The notes: a model not told the origin generated them from the letters alone. Positions 1-9,144 are shown, counted from the stretch's first letter. The stretch: DNA of 32,000 nt from Nostoc sp. PCC 7120 = FACHB-418 (GCF_000009705.1 NC_003272.1:570001-602000), one strand, 5' to 3'. Program-made: numbers and translations.

Positions 1-3000
1 TCACCCTTGGGCGACCATGCTACACCCAAGATTGCATCATCATGACCTTGCCAGGTTTTGAGTAGTTTACCGTCCCGATTCCAAAGCTTGATGTTTTTGT
101 CAGCACCTACGGAAGCGAGAGTTTGACCATCAGGTGTCCAAGCTATGCCCAAAACTGCATCATTATGACCTGATAAAGTGTTGAGTAATTTCCCTTCTCG
201 ACTCCATAGTTTTACCGTCTTGTCGCTACTCCCAGAAGCAATCAGGGAACCATCGGGGCTAAAACTAGCATTATTTACTACATCCCCATGCCCTTGTAGA
301 GTAGTCACTAATTGACCAACTCGGTTCCATAGTTTGACTGTTTTGTCTTGGCTAGCGGACGCAATTAACAAGGCATCAGGGCTGAAGTTGACGCTATTGA
401 CTACATTGGTATGTTTAGACAAGGTGTTAATTAAGCTGCCATCACTACGCCAGAGATTGATAGTATTATCGGCGCTGGCGGAAGCAATCAGGGAACCATC
501 GGGGCTGAAGACCGCACTGTTTACTCCTGCGGTATGCCCCTCTAAGCGGTTGTATTCCCTCACTCCCACAACGGCTTGATAGAGTGCTGTCTGTACCTGT
601 TCTCTGGTGTAAGGGTCTACCCAAATAGCCCGTTGCAGTTTTCTGGCGGCTTTGACACCTTCTTTCACCGCATCAAGCCCTTTTTGGGAAGCAAACAGGG
701 CTTCACTGGAGACGCTGAGGGTTTTAATTTCGCTGTCTACTGCCGTAATAATAGAAACACTTAACCCCAGAATGGCGAGACATGAGGCAGTCAGGGCAAT
801 TTTCAGTGAACGATTCAGCTTGGCTTCACTTAGCCTTTGTTGTTTCTGGCTTTCGGCTAGTTGGGCGGTTAATTCCTTTTCTTTCAGTTCCCCACGTAAT
901 TGTTCAATTTCTAGTTGAGTTAGTTCCTCTCGCTTGCGTAATTCCCGCAATTCCGTGACTAAATCTAAACCCTGTTGGGGATGAGTATCTGTGAGTTTAG
1001 ATTGCTTTTTTTGGCTGAGTTCGCTTTTGAGGCGGGCAATTTCACTTTGACTTTGTTGGACTTTACGGCGTAATTGGTCAAGTTGTGCTTGTAAGCTGGA
1101 TTCCTGTTGTTGGAGATAACGAATTAAATCGACTAAATAATCATGAATTAGTTGATAACGTTCGGGAATATCAGGAAACAACACAACTAAGCCAGAATTA
1201 ACTAAAATATCTAAGACCAAATCTAATTTTTCAGGGTCTTCTAACTCTGCCAATTCAGTAGCTAATTCGGCACGGGTTTTAAAAGGTCGTTTGTTGCTTT
1301 CATCTGTTAACAAATATAAAACAAGTAAAGCTGCACGCTCATTTTCAGGGCCACACTCTTTGATTAGTTCTTTGATATATCTTTCTATGAGTTTGTTTGG
1401 TCGATATTGCTGATATTGTTTTAAGGTATTAATGCGCTCATCTTGGATTTGTGCGCCAACCACCTGCAATTCAATGGGGCGGACTTCTCCTAGTTCGGTT
1501 GATAAATCTTCCACCACCGCATCAATTAAAGCTGGTTCCAAATTGACTTGAGAACGTGCTGTTAATTTTTGAATTATGACTTTGGCATATTCTGGCGAAA
1601 AATTATTTAATTGATAACGAATTTGTTTATCGAGAATATTATTATTAATCGCTTCCAGGTAGGAAAGATGTTTAAATTCTAATAAGCGATGTAAATAATC
1701 TTCTCTAATGGAAAGAATGATTTTGACAAAGGATATATTCAGACATTGACTAAGAAATTGATCAAATTCTTTTTTCTGTTGACGATCGCTATAACCAAAG
1801 AAGAATTCTTCAAACTGGTCGAAAATCAGCACCGTGATCAGGTGGTTGTTGGCATTTTGGCGTAATTGTCCTAATATATCAGCGATCGCCATCGGTCGAG
1901 CATAGCCTATATCCATCGGCGGTGTCGGTGTTGATAAAATCTCCGGCGCAATGCTGACATCTCCGGAAATATGAGTCACAGCCTCAGTTAAAGCCTTCCC
2001 TAATTCCCGCACCCAATCGGTGTATACTTGCAATACTACAGGCATGGCAATTTGATCACCGATCGCCCGATTTTGTAACGCTGGGACTAAACCAGCCGTC
2101 ACAGTGGAACTCTTCCCCACCCCTGAGGGACCGTGAATCACAATCAATTTTTGGTCAGCCCGGCTAATTCTGCCAATTAAGTTATTAATATCCTGTTCTC
2201 GACCGGAAGCGGCGATTTCTAAAGCAACGCTACTGCTTCCAGAAGGTGACATCAAAGCTGGGTTGGTTGCTTGTCTTTGGGGTTGTAGTCTTCCCGCACC
2301 AATAAAAGCCCGAAAGCCATATTGCTGTTCTACAGAACGCCGTTTTTGACGGATGCGGTAGGCTTCCAGATATCTACCTGCTTCAAAATAGAGCGATCGC
2401 AATGTCCGCAACATTCTAATATAACGATGGGCATCATATTGATGGGCGCTATTTTCTAAAGCGGCTGGTAATTCTTTGGCGGCTTTATCTAAATATTCCT
2501 GTGCAACTAACTGTTCACCTAAGTTTTGTTGGGCTTTGGCTAAAACTAAATAATATATTTGTGCTAATAGTAAGGGAAATAGGCAATGATGGCGGTCACT
2601 ATCGTTATGGTTTTGTGCCTCAGTTAATTTTAATAGTGATACGTGTGCCAAAATACTCGCCTGTACCCAGCGCGACTGCTGTAACGCCACCTGCGCCAGA
2701 AAACCATAATCACAAGCCAGTTGAATTTGACTACCGTAGGTATGATGCAACTCCAGTGCTTTCTCTGCAACGATTTGCAGTTCATCCCATGCTTGGAGAT
2801 GTTCTAAAACTTCTGCCAATTGACCAATAAATTCTGATGCAATATCTGGTCTTCCCGCTACCTGCAAAATCTCCAAACATTCTTGAAAATAGAATTTTGC
2901 TGTTTCCCAATGACGACGATTATCTAGCTGATTCTGCTCCGCTAGACGGCAATAACATAGTCCTATATATAATTGCAAAACCCCCTGTCTGAGAATTGGG

Positions 3001-3848
3001 GAAGATAAAGGAGTAGGGCGAACAGGAAAAGATATACCCCGTTCCCCAGTCCCCAATCCCGGTTCCCCAATCCCCAATCGTTGCCAAATTTGCAGACTTT
3101 GTTGAAAATGATTTAAGGCATGATGAATGCGATCGCTGACATAATCATCTAAGCCAAACACAAATTTTAAACTGGCGTTTAATTCTGGCTCTAAGGTGAT
3201 ACCGCGCTCATGCAGTTCCGCAATCGCGTAGTGCAGTTCATTACTATGTTCCCAGACCTGCTCTAAGGTAGAGTAATCATCACCGAATTGAGGCTGCTGG
3301 TGTTGTCCTATATCCTTGGGTAATACTCTGGCAAATAAAGAGTCGGTTTCCTGTCGGAGAAATTGCAACAACTCTGGTGTTGTCATCTCAAACCGAATTG
3401 GTGTCGCCGCCCAACTGGCAAAATCCGGTGCTAAACGGATGACTTTTTGTAAAACTTCTTCATTCACCCAAAATATCATCGGAAATGAATGACGTTTGGG
3501 AAACTCATCTCGGATATGATTAATGGCTCTGAGTAAATCGTCAATTTCTTCGACTGATTCTAAACCCAAAACCATCAAGGCTGATGGCTGTTGCTGTTGG
3601 GGGAGTGAATTTAAATGGAGGGTTGTATAAAGACTTCTGGTATTAGGAGGTAAGACAACTTTTTGAATGGGATTCTCAACAGATATTTCATCCAGTCGTT
3701 GCAGTATCTTCTCTTGCAAGACTCGATAATTACAGTAAACCAACGCAACAGAAAAACTACCATGAGAAAGAGCGATCGCTCTCCATAAACTTGTAAAAGC
3801 CCGCTCATTCGCTACTTTGATATCTACTGGTGGGTGTCCTTCAACCAT
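1..3848 (-). CDS. Large multidomain STAND protein, C-terminus beyond window: degenerate P-loop-like N-domain, TPR-like helical region, nSTAND1-type P-loop NTPase, coiled coil, one TM helix, WD40 repeats
   Basis: Hand translation of the minus strand gives one continuous open frame from the ATG at 3848-3846 to position 1. It is absent from the ORF track because it has no stop in the window. Walker A is GPSGVGKSS (2106-2132), followed by AGLVPAL. The Walker B-like motif is LITVLIFDQFEEFF. A heptad-rich stretch reads QAQLDQLRRKVQQSQSEIARLK...ELRKREELTQLEIEQLRGELKEKE. The hydrophobic segment is SLKIALTASCLAILGLSVSIITAV (about 741-812). At least 5 WD40 units follow (GHxxxVxxxxFSPDGxxIASxSxDKTVKLW) between about 560 and 1. 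The start codon is less certain; a TTG at 3860 is an alternative. Confidence 0.85.
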   Translation of the reverse strand, partial: MVEGHPPVDIKVANERAFTSLWRAIALSHGSFSVALVYCNYRVLQEKILQRLDEISVENPIQKVVLPPNTRSLYTTLHLNSLPQQQQPSALMVLGLESVEEIDDLLRAINHIRDEFPKRHSFPMIFWVNEEVLQKVIRLAPDFASWAATPIRFEMTTPELLQFLRQETDSLFARVLPKDIGQHQQPQFGDDYSTLEQVWEHSNELHYAIAELHERGITLEPELNASLKFVFGLDDYVSDRIHHALNHFQQSLQIWQRLGIGEPGLGTGERGISFPVRPTPLSSPILRQGVLQLYIGLCYCRLAEQNQLDNRRHWETAKFYFQECLEILQVAGRPDIASEFIGQLAEVLEHLQAWDELQIVAEKALELHHTYGSQIQLACDYGFLAQVALQQSRWVQASILAHVSLLKLTEAQNHNDSDRHHCLFPLLLAQIYYLVLAKAQQNLGEQLVAQEYLDKAAKELPAALENSAHQYDAHRYIRMLRTLRSLYFEAGRYLEAYRIRQKRRSVEQQYGFRAFIGAGRLQPQRQATNPALMSPSGSSSVALEIAASGREQDINNLIGRISRADQKLIVIHGPSGVGKSSTVTAGLVPALQNRAIGDQIAMPVVLQVYTDWVRELGKALTEAVTHISGDVSIAPEILSTPTPPMDIGYARPMAIADILGQLRQNANNHLITVLIFDQFEEFFFGYSDRQQKKEFDQFLSQCLNISFVKIILSIREDYLHRLLEFKHLSYLEAINNNILDKQIRYQLNNFSPEYAKVIIQKLTARSQVNLEPALIDAVVEDLSTELGEVRPIELQVVGAQIQDERINTLKQYQQYRPNKLIERYIKELIKECGPENERAALLVLYLLTDESNKRPFKTRAELATELAELEDPEKLDLVLDILVNSGLVVLFPDIPERYQLIHDYLVDLIRYLQQQESSLQAQLDQLRRKVQQSQSEIARLKSELSQKKQSKLTDTHPQQGLDLVTELRELRKREELTQLEIEQLRGELKEKELTAQLAESQKQQRLSEAKLNRSLKIALTASCLAILGLSVSIITAVDSEIKTLSVSSEALFASQKGLDAVKEGVKAARKLQRAIWVDPYTREQVQTALYQAVVGVREYNRLEGHTAGVNSAVFSPDGSLIASASADNTINLWRSDGSLINTLSKHTNVVNSVNFSPDALLIASASQDKTVKLWNRVGQLVTTLQGHGDVVNNASFSPDGSLIASGSSDKTVKLWSREGKLLNTLSGHNDAVLGIAWTPDGQTLASVGADKNIKLWNRDGKLLKTWQGHDDAILGVAWSPKG
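3036..3077. repeat. Six tandem STRR1-like heptamers (CCCCAGT/CCCCAAT family) lying in frame inside the giant CDS
   Basis: Plus strand reads ACCCCGT TCCCCAG TCCCCAA TCCCGGT TCCCCAA TCCCCAA. This is 42 nt, or 14 codons, translated on the minus strand as LGIGEPGLGTGERG. Confidence 0.85.
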
Positions 3849-5155
3849 AATTTGAATTTGTGTGTCTCCGCTATAACTGGGTTGACAGCAAACCAAGCTC
3901 CTTGATGGTCGCGGTATTCAAAAACAAACAGACTCCGCAATAATGTATGGTATTCAATATCACCTCTCACCCTCTGCTGCTGCACCACCTGAAAAATTAA
4001 CTCCCATTCGTGGGGGTCAATGGCGTTAGCACGGTAGTCTCGTTGTCTTTGAATCACCAATTCGACACATTCCCTCCCAAAAGGTGGGTCTTGTTCACGC
4101 AGACAGTCAAACAGCAATCCTAATAAATCCCGTACATGACCACCACTGATCAAGCACAAGCGATCTAATGTTTCTAAATTATCAAACACATCTGTAATTA
4201 AGCCTAACCGATCGCTAGGATTAATGTCAGGGAAGCTCCTGGCGAGGATCATTTGTCGCATCAGTGTTAATCCCTGGGTGAAAATTTCCCCAGACCGCAG
4301 GCGTACAGGTATCATGGGCAAAACTTTTGGTGCTACCCCTCCCCCCAAGCGTTGTTGCAGTTCCGCACTGTAGTTGGAAAAAGTTAAAGCCAAAGGAATG
4401 GTGTAAACTACATGACAATTAAGCTTGCGTAACTGCTCGCCTCTTTCAATAAACAAGTATTCTGGTAGCGATCGCCCGGATGGTAAAGGTCGAATTGCTA
4501 CTCGGTCTAAATTATCAACAATAACCACCAATCCCTTTTTGCCTAAGGCTTTAAGGTCTTTATTACCACGTTCAAGTAATTCTAAATTAATCGATTGCAG
4601 TATATTTTGAGTGCGCGGTTCTAAGTAATCTCGCAATCTCCGCCGTAACTGGGGACTTTCTTTAGTCTTGGCGGTAATCTTGGCAATACCCACAGATAAC
4701 TCACCTTCCACCCCTAGTTCAATCGGTGTTTGCAGAAAATCTACAACTTCCCCAAACAACTTAGTAAAGTAGTTGGGTTTGATGTGAATTTTTATGGCTT
4801 CTAAACTCTCGCTCACTTGACCTGCGATCGCTAGTAAAATATCAGTCACATCCACATCCGCCATTTCTAAGACGTGGGTAGACTCAAAATAAACTACATG
4901 AAATTGCTGTTCTTCTAACTCGGCTTTGAGTCGCAACAACTCTGTGGATTTTCCACAACCAAGATGCCCCGTAAATAACTGACAAGTCGGAGCATCCGGT
5001 GATATTCTAGTAATTGTACGTAGTAAAGCCTCAATGATTTTACCACCCCGTACCGCCGCAAAATCGATATAATAGCGGCGATCGCTAGCATTACCCATCA
5101 TCAAAGGTCTGCTAGGATTGCAAGCTTGATAAAATCTTTCTAAATCTAGGGGCAT
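3824..5155 (-). CDS. Stand-alone P-loop NTPase (STAND/ORC-Cdc6-like ATPase with helical C-terminal half), function unknown
   Basis: 443-aa ORF in the track. Walker A is FTGHLGCGKSTELLRL and Walker B is GLVVIVDNLDRV. The C-terminal half is helical. The TAG stop at 3824-3826 lies inside the first codons of the downstream giant gene (25-nt overlap). Confidence 0.8.
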   Translation of the reverse strand: MPLDLERFYQACNPSRPLMMGNASDRRYYIDFAAVRGGKIIEALLRTITRISPDAPTCQLFTGHLGCGKSTELLRLKAELEEQQFHVVYFESTHVLEMADVDVTDILLAIAGQVSESLEAIKIHIKPNYFTKLFGEVVDFLQTPIELGVEGELSVGIAKITAKTKESPQLRRRLRDYLEPRTQNILQSINLELLERGNKDLKALGKKGLVVIVDNLDRVAIRPLPSGRSLPEYLFIERGEQLRKLNCHVVYTIPLALTFSNYSAELQQRLGGGVAPKVLPMIPVRLRSGEIFTQGLTLMRQMILARSFPDINPSDRLGLITDVFDNLETLDRLCLISGGHVRDLLGLLFDCLREQDPPFGRECVELVIQRQRDYRANAIDPHEWELIFQVVQQQRVRGDIEYHTLLRSLFVFEYRDHQGAWFAVNPVIAETHKFKLWLKDTHQ

Positions 5156-5256
5156 AACTAATTAAATTTGCTGAGGAATGGGCAATATCAATCCTATTGA
5201 ATAAATATATTAATTTTGAGAAATTTATGCTGTAAATCAGTACAAATTCCCTAAGA

Positions 5257-5320
5257 ATGGGGAGTAGGGATTGGGGACTGGGGAGCAGGGGAAGAACTAA
5301 TGACAACTGACAATTGACTA
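5257..5320. repeat. STRR-type heptamer arrays in the divergent promoter region
   Basis: ATGGGGA GTAGGGA TTGGGGA CTGGGGA GCAGGGG, then ATGACAA CTGACAA TTGACTA. These lie between the minus-strand NTPase gene and the plus-strand SDR gene. Confidence 0.8.
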
Positions 5321-5337
5321 ATAAATCTAAATTAACT

Positions 5338-6162
5338 ATGAATATTGCAATTATTGGCTGTGGCTATGTTGGTTGTGCGATCGCTCAACATTGGCAACAA
5401 AACCCTCATCTGCTTGTAACTGCTACAACAACTACACCTGAACGTGTGACATCACTACAAAAAGTGGCACACAAGGTTGTAGTAACTCAAGGAGATGACC
5501 TAGATAAACTAACAGATATTCTCCAAAATCAAGATATTGTCTTGTTGAGTGTGGGAGCAAAAGGCGGCGACTTATATGAAGCAGCATACCTCAACACAGC
5601 CAAAACTTTAGTCTCCGCTTTACAACAAAATTCTCATGTTAAACAACTGATATATACAAGCAGCTATTCAGTTTACGGTAATAAAAATGGTGAGTGGGTA
5701 GATGAAGAAACACCTACTATACCCGGCAGTCGTAACGGAGAAATTCTTCAGGAAACAGAAGATATTTTACTATCAGCTTCTAGCGTCAATCTCCGTGTTT
5801 GTATCCTACGTTTAGGAGGCATTTATGGCCCCAGACGGGAACTAATGAAAATATTTAGTAGAGTTCCCGGTACAACTCGTCCTGGTGATGGCAGTGATGT
5901 CACAAACTGGATTCATTTAGATGATATTGTTGGAGCTATAGAATTTGTCCGCAACAATCCATTACAAGGCGTTTATAATCTAGTAGATGACGCACATTTA
6001 CCTAGTAGAAAATTGCTAGATACTCTATTGAGTAAATATAATCTCCCTCAGGTAATTTGGGATAATACAGCAAAAAGTAATCGCCCCTATAATGTCAAAG
6101 TTTCCAATCGCAAAATCAAAGAAGCTGGATATCAATTGATTCAGCCATATACGGTTTTTTAG
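5338..6162 (+). CDS. SDR-family NAD(P)-dependent oxidoreductase / NAD-dependent epimerase-dehydratase-like protein
   Basis: N-terminal Rossmann motif MNIAIIGCGYVGCAIA and an SSYSVYG active-site-like region. I prefer the ATG at 5338 over the track start at 5314, which is a TTG inside a heptamer repeat. Confidence 0.8.
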   Translation: MNIAIIGCGYVGCAIAQHWQQNPHLLVTATTTTPERVTSLQKVAHKVVVTQGDDLDKLTDILQNQDIVLLSVGAKGGDLYEAAYLNTAKTLVSALQQNSHVKQLIYTSSYSVYGNKNGEWVDEETPTIPGSRNGEILQETEDILLSASSVNLRVCILRLGGIYGPRRELMKIFSRVPGTTRPGDGSDVTNWIHLDDIVGAIEFVRNNPLQGVYNLVDDAHLPSRKLLDTLLSKYNLPQVIWDNTAKSNRPYNVKVSNRKIKEAGYQLIQPYTVF

Positions 6163-6230
6163 GATTGGGGATTGGCAGAACAATATTTTACTCAGGACAG
6201 ATTGAACACCCAATTAATTGCTAACAGCCC

Positions 6231-6794
6231 TTAGGAATTAACAGAATTGGAGATAACTTGTCGCATTTTCCGCATATTGGTAGGTAGTTCAAAGTTCATC
6301 GCTTGTTGGATGAAAATTGAGGGTACAGGAATATTAGGGGTAGCTTGAACACCATAAATTAGCAGGGTTCCGTCGCCACAATCTTTCAGTTCCAAATTGG
6401 CTGTGAAGTCAACGAAAGTCCCTTTTTCCATACGGAATTGAATTTTATGACCTATGACTTCGACAACATTGAGATAAATTTCGACTTGAGCAGTGAAAAA
6501 GAAAAAGGCTTTTTGTGCTGCTTGATACAGGCGTTTAACTTCACCACGCTGTAAAACTTCGCTCTTGGTAATGTCTGGAAAGTATTGTACCCAGCGAGGG
6601 TAATCAGTGATTTGCTGCCAGACCTGCGATCGCCTCAAGGGCAAATACATACAAGCAGACACAGCGCCACCCCAAGCCGTGTGCGATCGCGTTTCTACTA
6701 AGATTTCACCCTGCATCAACAAGCTTTGCTTTTCTTGACTCCAAGTCATATTTGTACCTGCAATAACTGGGTCTGAAATATAAGATGCAGACAT
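6231..6794 (-). CDS. SRPBCC (cyclase/dehydrase, START-like) family protein
   Basis: 187-aa ORF whose pattern resembles cyanobacterial polyketide-cyclase/dehydrase-like proteins (WxxITDYPRWVQYFP). The family call is from memory, not a search. Confidence 0.6.
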   Translation of the reverse strand: MSASYISDPVIAGTNMTWSQEKQSLLMQGEILVETRSHTAWGGAVSACMYLPLRRSQVWQQITDYPRWVQYFPDITKSEVLQRGEVKRLYQAAQKAFFFFTAQVEIYLNVVEVIGHKIQFRMEKGTFVDFTANLELKDCGDGTLLIYGVQATPNIPVPSIFIQQAMNFELPTNMRKMRQVISNSVNS

Positions 6795-7149
6795 AATTTA
6801 GATTTCACTCCTCAACTTATCCACCTTTTGGGTTGAATCAAAAACCATTCTCTGGCATCAAATTCAACATACCCAATTTTAGTTCCAGTTCAACACACAA
6901 GTTTTCCGGAACTAAATATTTTTAGGTTATTTTTCAGAAAATTTACGTAAAAAACCGTATATCTAACTACTATATGAATTTTGTTTAAAGTTACTTTGTC
7001 AAACTATTCAGGGCTTAATGACACAATAGGAGAAATAGAAACCAGATCGCCCACTTCTTGAAGAAGTCAAGGATATGAACACCTCGAATTATGAAAATCC
7101 CTGCTACCTTGACAATATAGAGCAAACTTGAAAATCAAAGGAAAAAGTA

Positions 7150-7344
7150 GTGAGCCAATCTTCCTTAAACCGCAGATTAATCCAGCTTCTAGGCGTGATT
7201 CTAGGCATTGGTATAGCTATCTGGCTGCTAAGAGGCTTTGGTATTCTCACCTTTATTCCTGGTGGAGTGATTTTATTATTTTTTCTGGGTGCGATCGCTA
7301 TCGGTCTAATTGCTTATGCTCAAAAAACTTGGTGGCGGTTTTAA
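7150..7344 (+). CDS. Small two-TM membrane protein (hypothetical)
   Basis: 64 aa with a GTG start and two hydrophobic stretches, LIQLLGVILGIGIAIWLL and GGVILLFFLGAIAIGLIAYA. The overlapping 7128..7367 frame is not membrane-like. Confidence 0.45.
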   Translation: MSQSSLNRRLIQLLGVILGIGIAIWLLRGFGILTFIPGGVILLFFLGAIAIGLIAYAQKTWWRF

Positions 7345-7371
7345 TAGCTAATAAGACTTACGGATGAAAAA

Positions 7372-7513
7372 GGGTATAGGGGTTGTAGGGGTTGTAGGGG
7401 TATAGGGGTTGTAGGGGTATAGGAGAAGAACAGTATTGATAAGGTATCTTGACTTAATTATTAATTGTTTCCTCTACACCCTTACACCCTCACAGCCTTA
7501 CACCCTCACACCC
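7372..7513. repeat. G-tract tandem array, AT-rich spacer and C-tract array (imperfect long inverted repeat with G-quadruplex-type spacing)
   Basis: Left arm: GGGG tracts at 7379, 7388, 7397, 7405 and 7414, separated by TTGTA/TATA. Right arm, 7471-7513: CCC tracts in ACACCCT-type 8-mers. Confidence 0.8.
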
Positions 7514-7592
7514 AAGTCCTAGCTAAATCAAAACTTAAAGTAGCTAAAATGTAGAGATGTGATATAGTATCTCTCTTACTTACCCTTGGTTT

Positions 7593-8954
7593 ATGGGACT
7601 GCCAATTGTTGCAATTATCGGTCGCCCAAATGTGGGCAAATCAACCCTGGTTAATCGTCTCGCCGGGGAACAAACGGCGATTGTCCACGATGAACCGGGT
7701 GTGACACGCGATCGCACTTACTTACCAGCCTACTGGAGCGATCGTGAATTTCAAGTGGTAGATACAGGCGGCTTAGTCTTTAACGATGACACAGAATTCT
7801 TGCCCCTGATTCGCCAACAAGCATTAGCTGCGCTTCACGAAGCCAGTGCTGCTATCTTCGTTGTTAATGGTCAAACAGGCCCCAATTCGGCAGATGAAGA
7901 AATTGCCGAGTGGTTACGCCAACAACCAGTACCAGTCTTTCTTGCAGTTAACAAATGTGAATCCCCAGACCAGGGATCGATTCAAGCCTCCGAATTTTGG
8001 GAACTGGGACTAGGAGAACCCTACCCAATCTCTGCAATTCATGGCAACGGTACAGGCGAATTACTCGATGAACTGATTAAACACCTTCCTCCTGTTACAG
8101 AATTAGAAGAGAATAACGAAATCAAAATTGCCATTATTGGCAGACCAAATGTTGGCAAATCAAGTTTATTAAACGCTTTTGCTGGCGAGGAACGGGTCAT
8201 AGTTAGCCCCATTTCTGGTACAACCCGTGATGCGATCGATACTTTTATCGAACGGGATGGGCAGAACTACCGCCTAATTGACACAGCCGGGATTCGCAAA
8301 AAGAAAAGCATTGACTATGGTACTGAATTTTTTAGTATTAACCGTGCTTTTAAAGCGATTCGCCGCGCCGATGTAGTTTTGTTGGTTATAGATGCCTTGG
8401 ATGGTGTCACCGAACAAGACCAAAAATTAGCTGGCAGAATTCTCGATGAAGGTAAGGCTTGTGTCGTCGTCGTCAATAAATGGGATGCCGTCGAGAAAGA
8501 CTCCTATACTATCTACGACTACGAGAAAAATCTGGAAGCGCGGCTACATTTTACAGAATGGGCAGACACTATCTACGTTAGTGCGGTAACAGGACAACGG
8601 GTAGAAAAGATTTTAGAGTTGGTGACTAAAGCCAATGAAGAACACAAACGCCGCGTTAGTACATCAGTAATTAACGAAGTCCTCGAAGACGCTGTTCGTT
8701 GGCACTCTCCCCCAACCTCTCGCGGTGGTCGCCAAGGGAGGATTTACTACGGTACACAAGTCAGCACCCAACCACCCACCATTGCTCTATTTGTCAACGA
8801 GGCTAAACGCTTTAACGACAACTACCGTCGTTACATCGAAAGACAATTCCGCCAACAATTAGGTTTTAAGGGGACTCCAATTCGCTTACTGTGGCGGAGT
8901 AAAAAAGTTAGGGATGTGGAAAGTGGTAGCGCTAACCGGGCAACTCGCGTTTAA
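7593..8954 (+). CDS. der: Ribosome-biogenesis GTPase Der (EngA), two tandem GTPase domains plus KH-like C-terminus
   Basis: Two G1 motifs, GRPNVGKST and GRPNVGKSS. Also DTGG/DTAG and NKCE/NKWD motifs. Confidence 0.97.
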   Translation: MGLPIVAIIGRPNVGKSTLVNRLAGEQTAIVHDEPGVTRDRTYLPAYWSDREFQVVDTGGLVFNDDTEFLPLIRQQALAALHEASAAIFVVNGQTGPNSADEEIAEWLRQQPVPVFLAVNKCESPDQGSIQASEFWELGLGEPYPISAIHGNGTGELLDELIKHLPPVTELEENNEIKIAIIGRPNVGKSSLLNAFAGEERVIVSPISGTTRDAIDTFIERDGQNYRLIDTAGIRKKKSIDYGTEFFSINRAFKAIRRADVVLLVIDALDGVTEQDQKLAGRILDEGKACVVVVNKWDAVEKDSYTIYDYEKNLEARLHFTEWADTIYVSAVTGQRVEKILELVTKANEEHKRRVSTSVINEVLEDAVRWHSPPTSRGGRQGRIYYGTQVSTQPPTIALFVNEAKRFNDNYRRYIERQFRQQLGFKGTPIRLLWRSKKVRDVESGSANRATRV

Positions 8955-9036
8955 TATTTGTCAATGGTCATTAGTCATAGAAGGCGGCGGGAAACCCACT
9001 CCCTTCAAGGGGTGGGAGGGATAGCTGCCCCGCCAC

Positions 9037-9071
9037 GGTTGACGGTTAACCGTTAACCGTCAACCGTCAAC
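9037..9071. repeat. Near-perfect palindrome GGTTGACGGTTAACCGTTAACCGTCAACCGTCAAC downstream of der
   Basis: Self-complementary around GTTAAC and built from CAACCGT-type heptamers. It could act as a hairpin terminator but has no U-tract. Confidence 0.6.
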
Positions 9072-9144
9072 GTAAAATCCCATTCCCTTTTAGGGGTGAG
9101 ATGAGCTTAATAGTCATTGGTCGTTAGTGTTTAGCTATGAACTG

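Noticed and set aside
334-918. Plus-strand ORFs 334..579, 576..764 and 652..918 from the track
   Set aside because: They lie antisense within a continuous minus-strand frame that encodes clear WD40 repeats and a TM helix. Their low-complexity translations are typical shadow ORFs.
2501-2830. Plus-strand 109-aa ORF
   Set aside because: It is antisense to the TPR-like part of the giant minus-strand CDS and has no recognisable motifs.
3611-3808. Minus-strand 65-aa ORF listed in the track
   Set aside because: It is in a different frame from, and wholly inside, the N-terminal region of the giant CDS that starts at 3848.
3824-3848. Possibility that the two NTPase ORFs are one gene split by a frameshift
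   Set aside because: The upstream frame ends in a clean TAG. The downstream frame has its own ATG inside the overlap and is closed by a TGA about 45 nt further upstream. The upstream protein also looks complete, with an NTPase domain and a helical domain. Short overlaps of this kind are typical of operon coupling.
7128-7367. 79-aa ORF overlapping the small membrane-protein ORF
   Set aside because: The alternative frame at 7150..7344 gives a coherent two-TM hydrophobic peptide, while this frame gives a Ser/Arg/Trp-rich sequence of no clear character.
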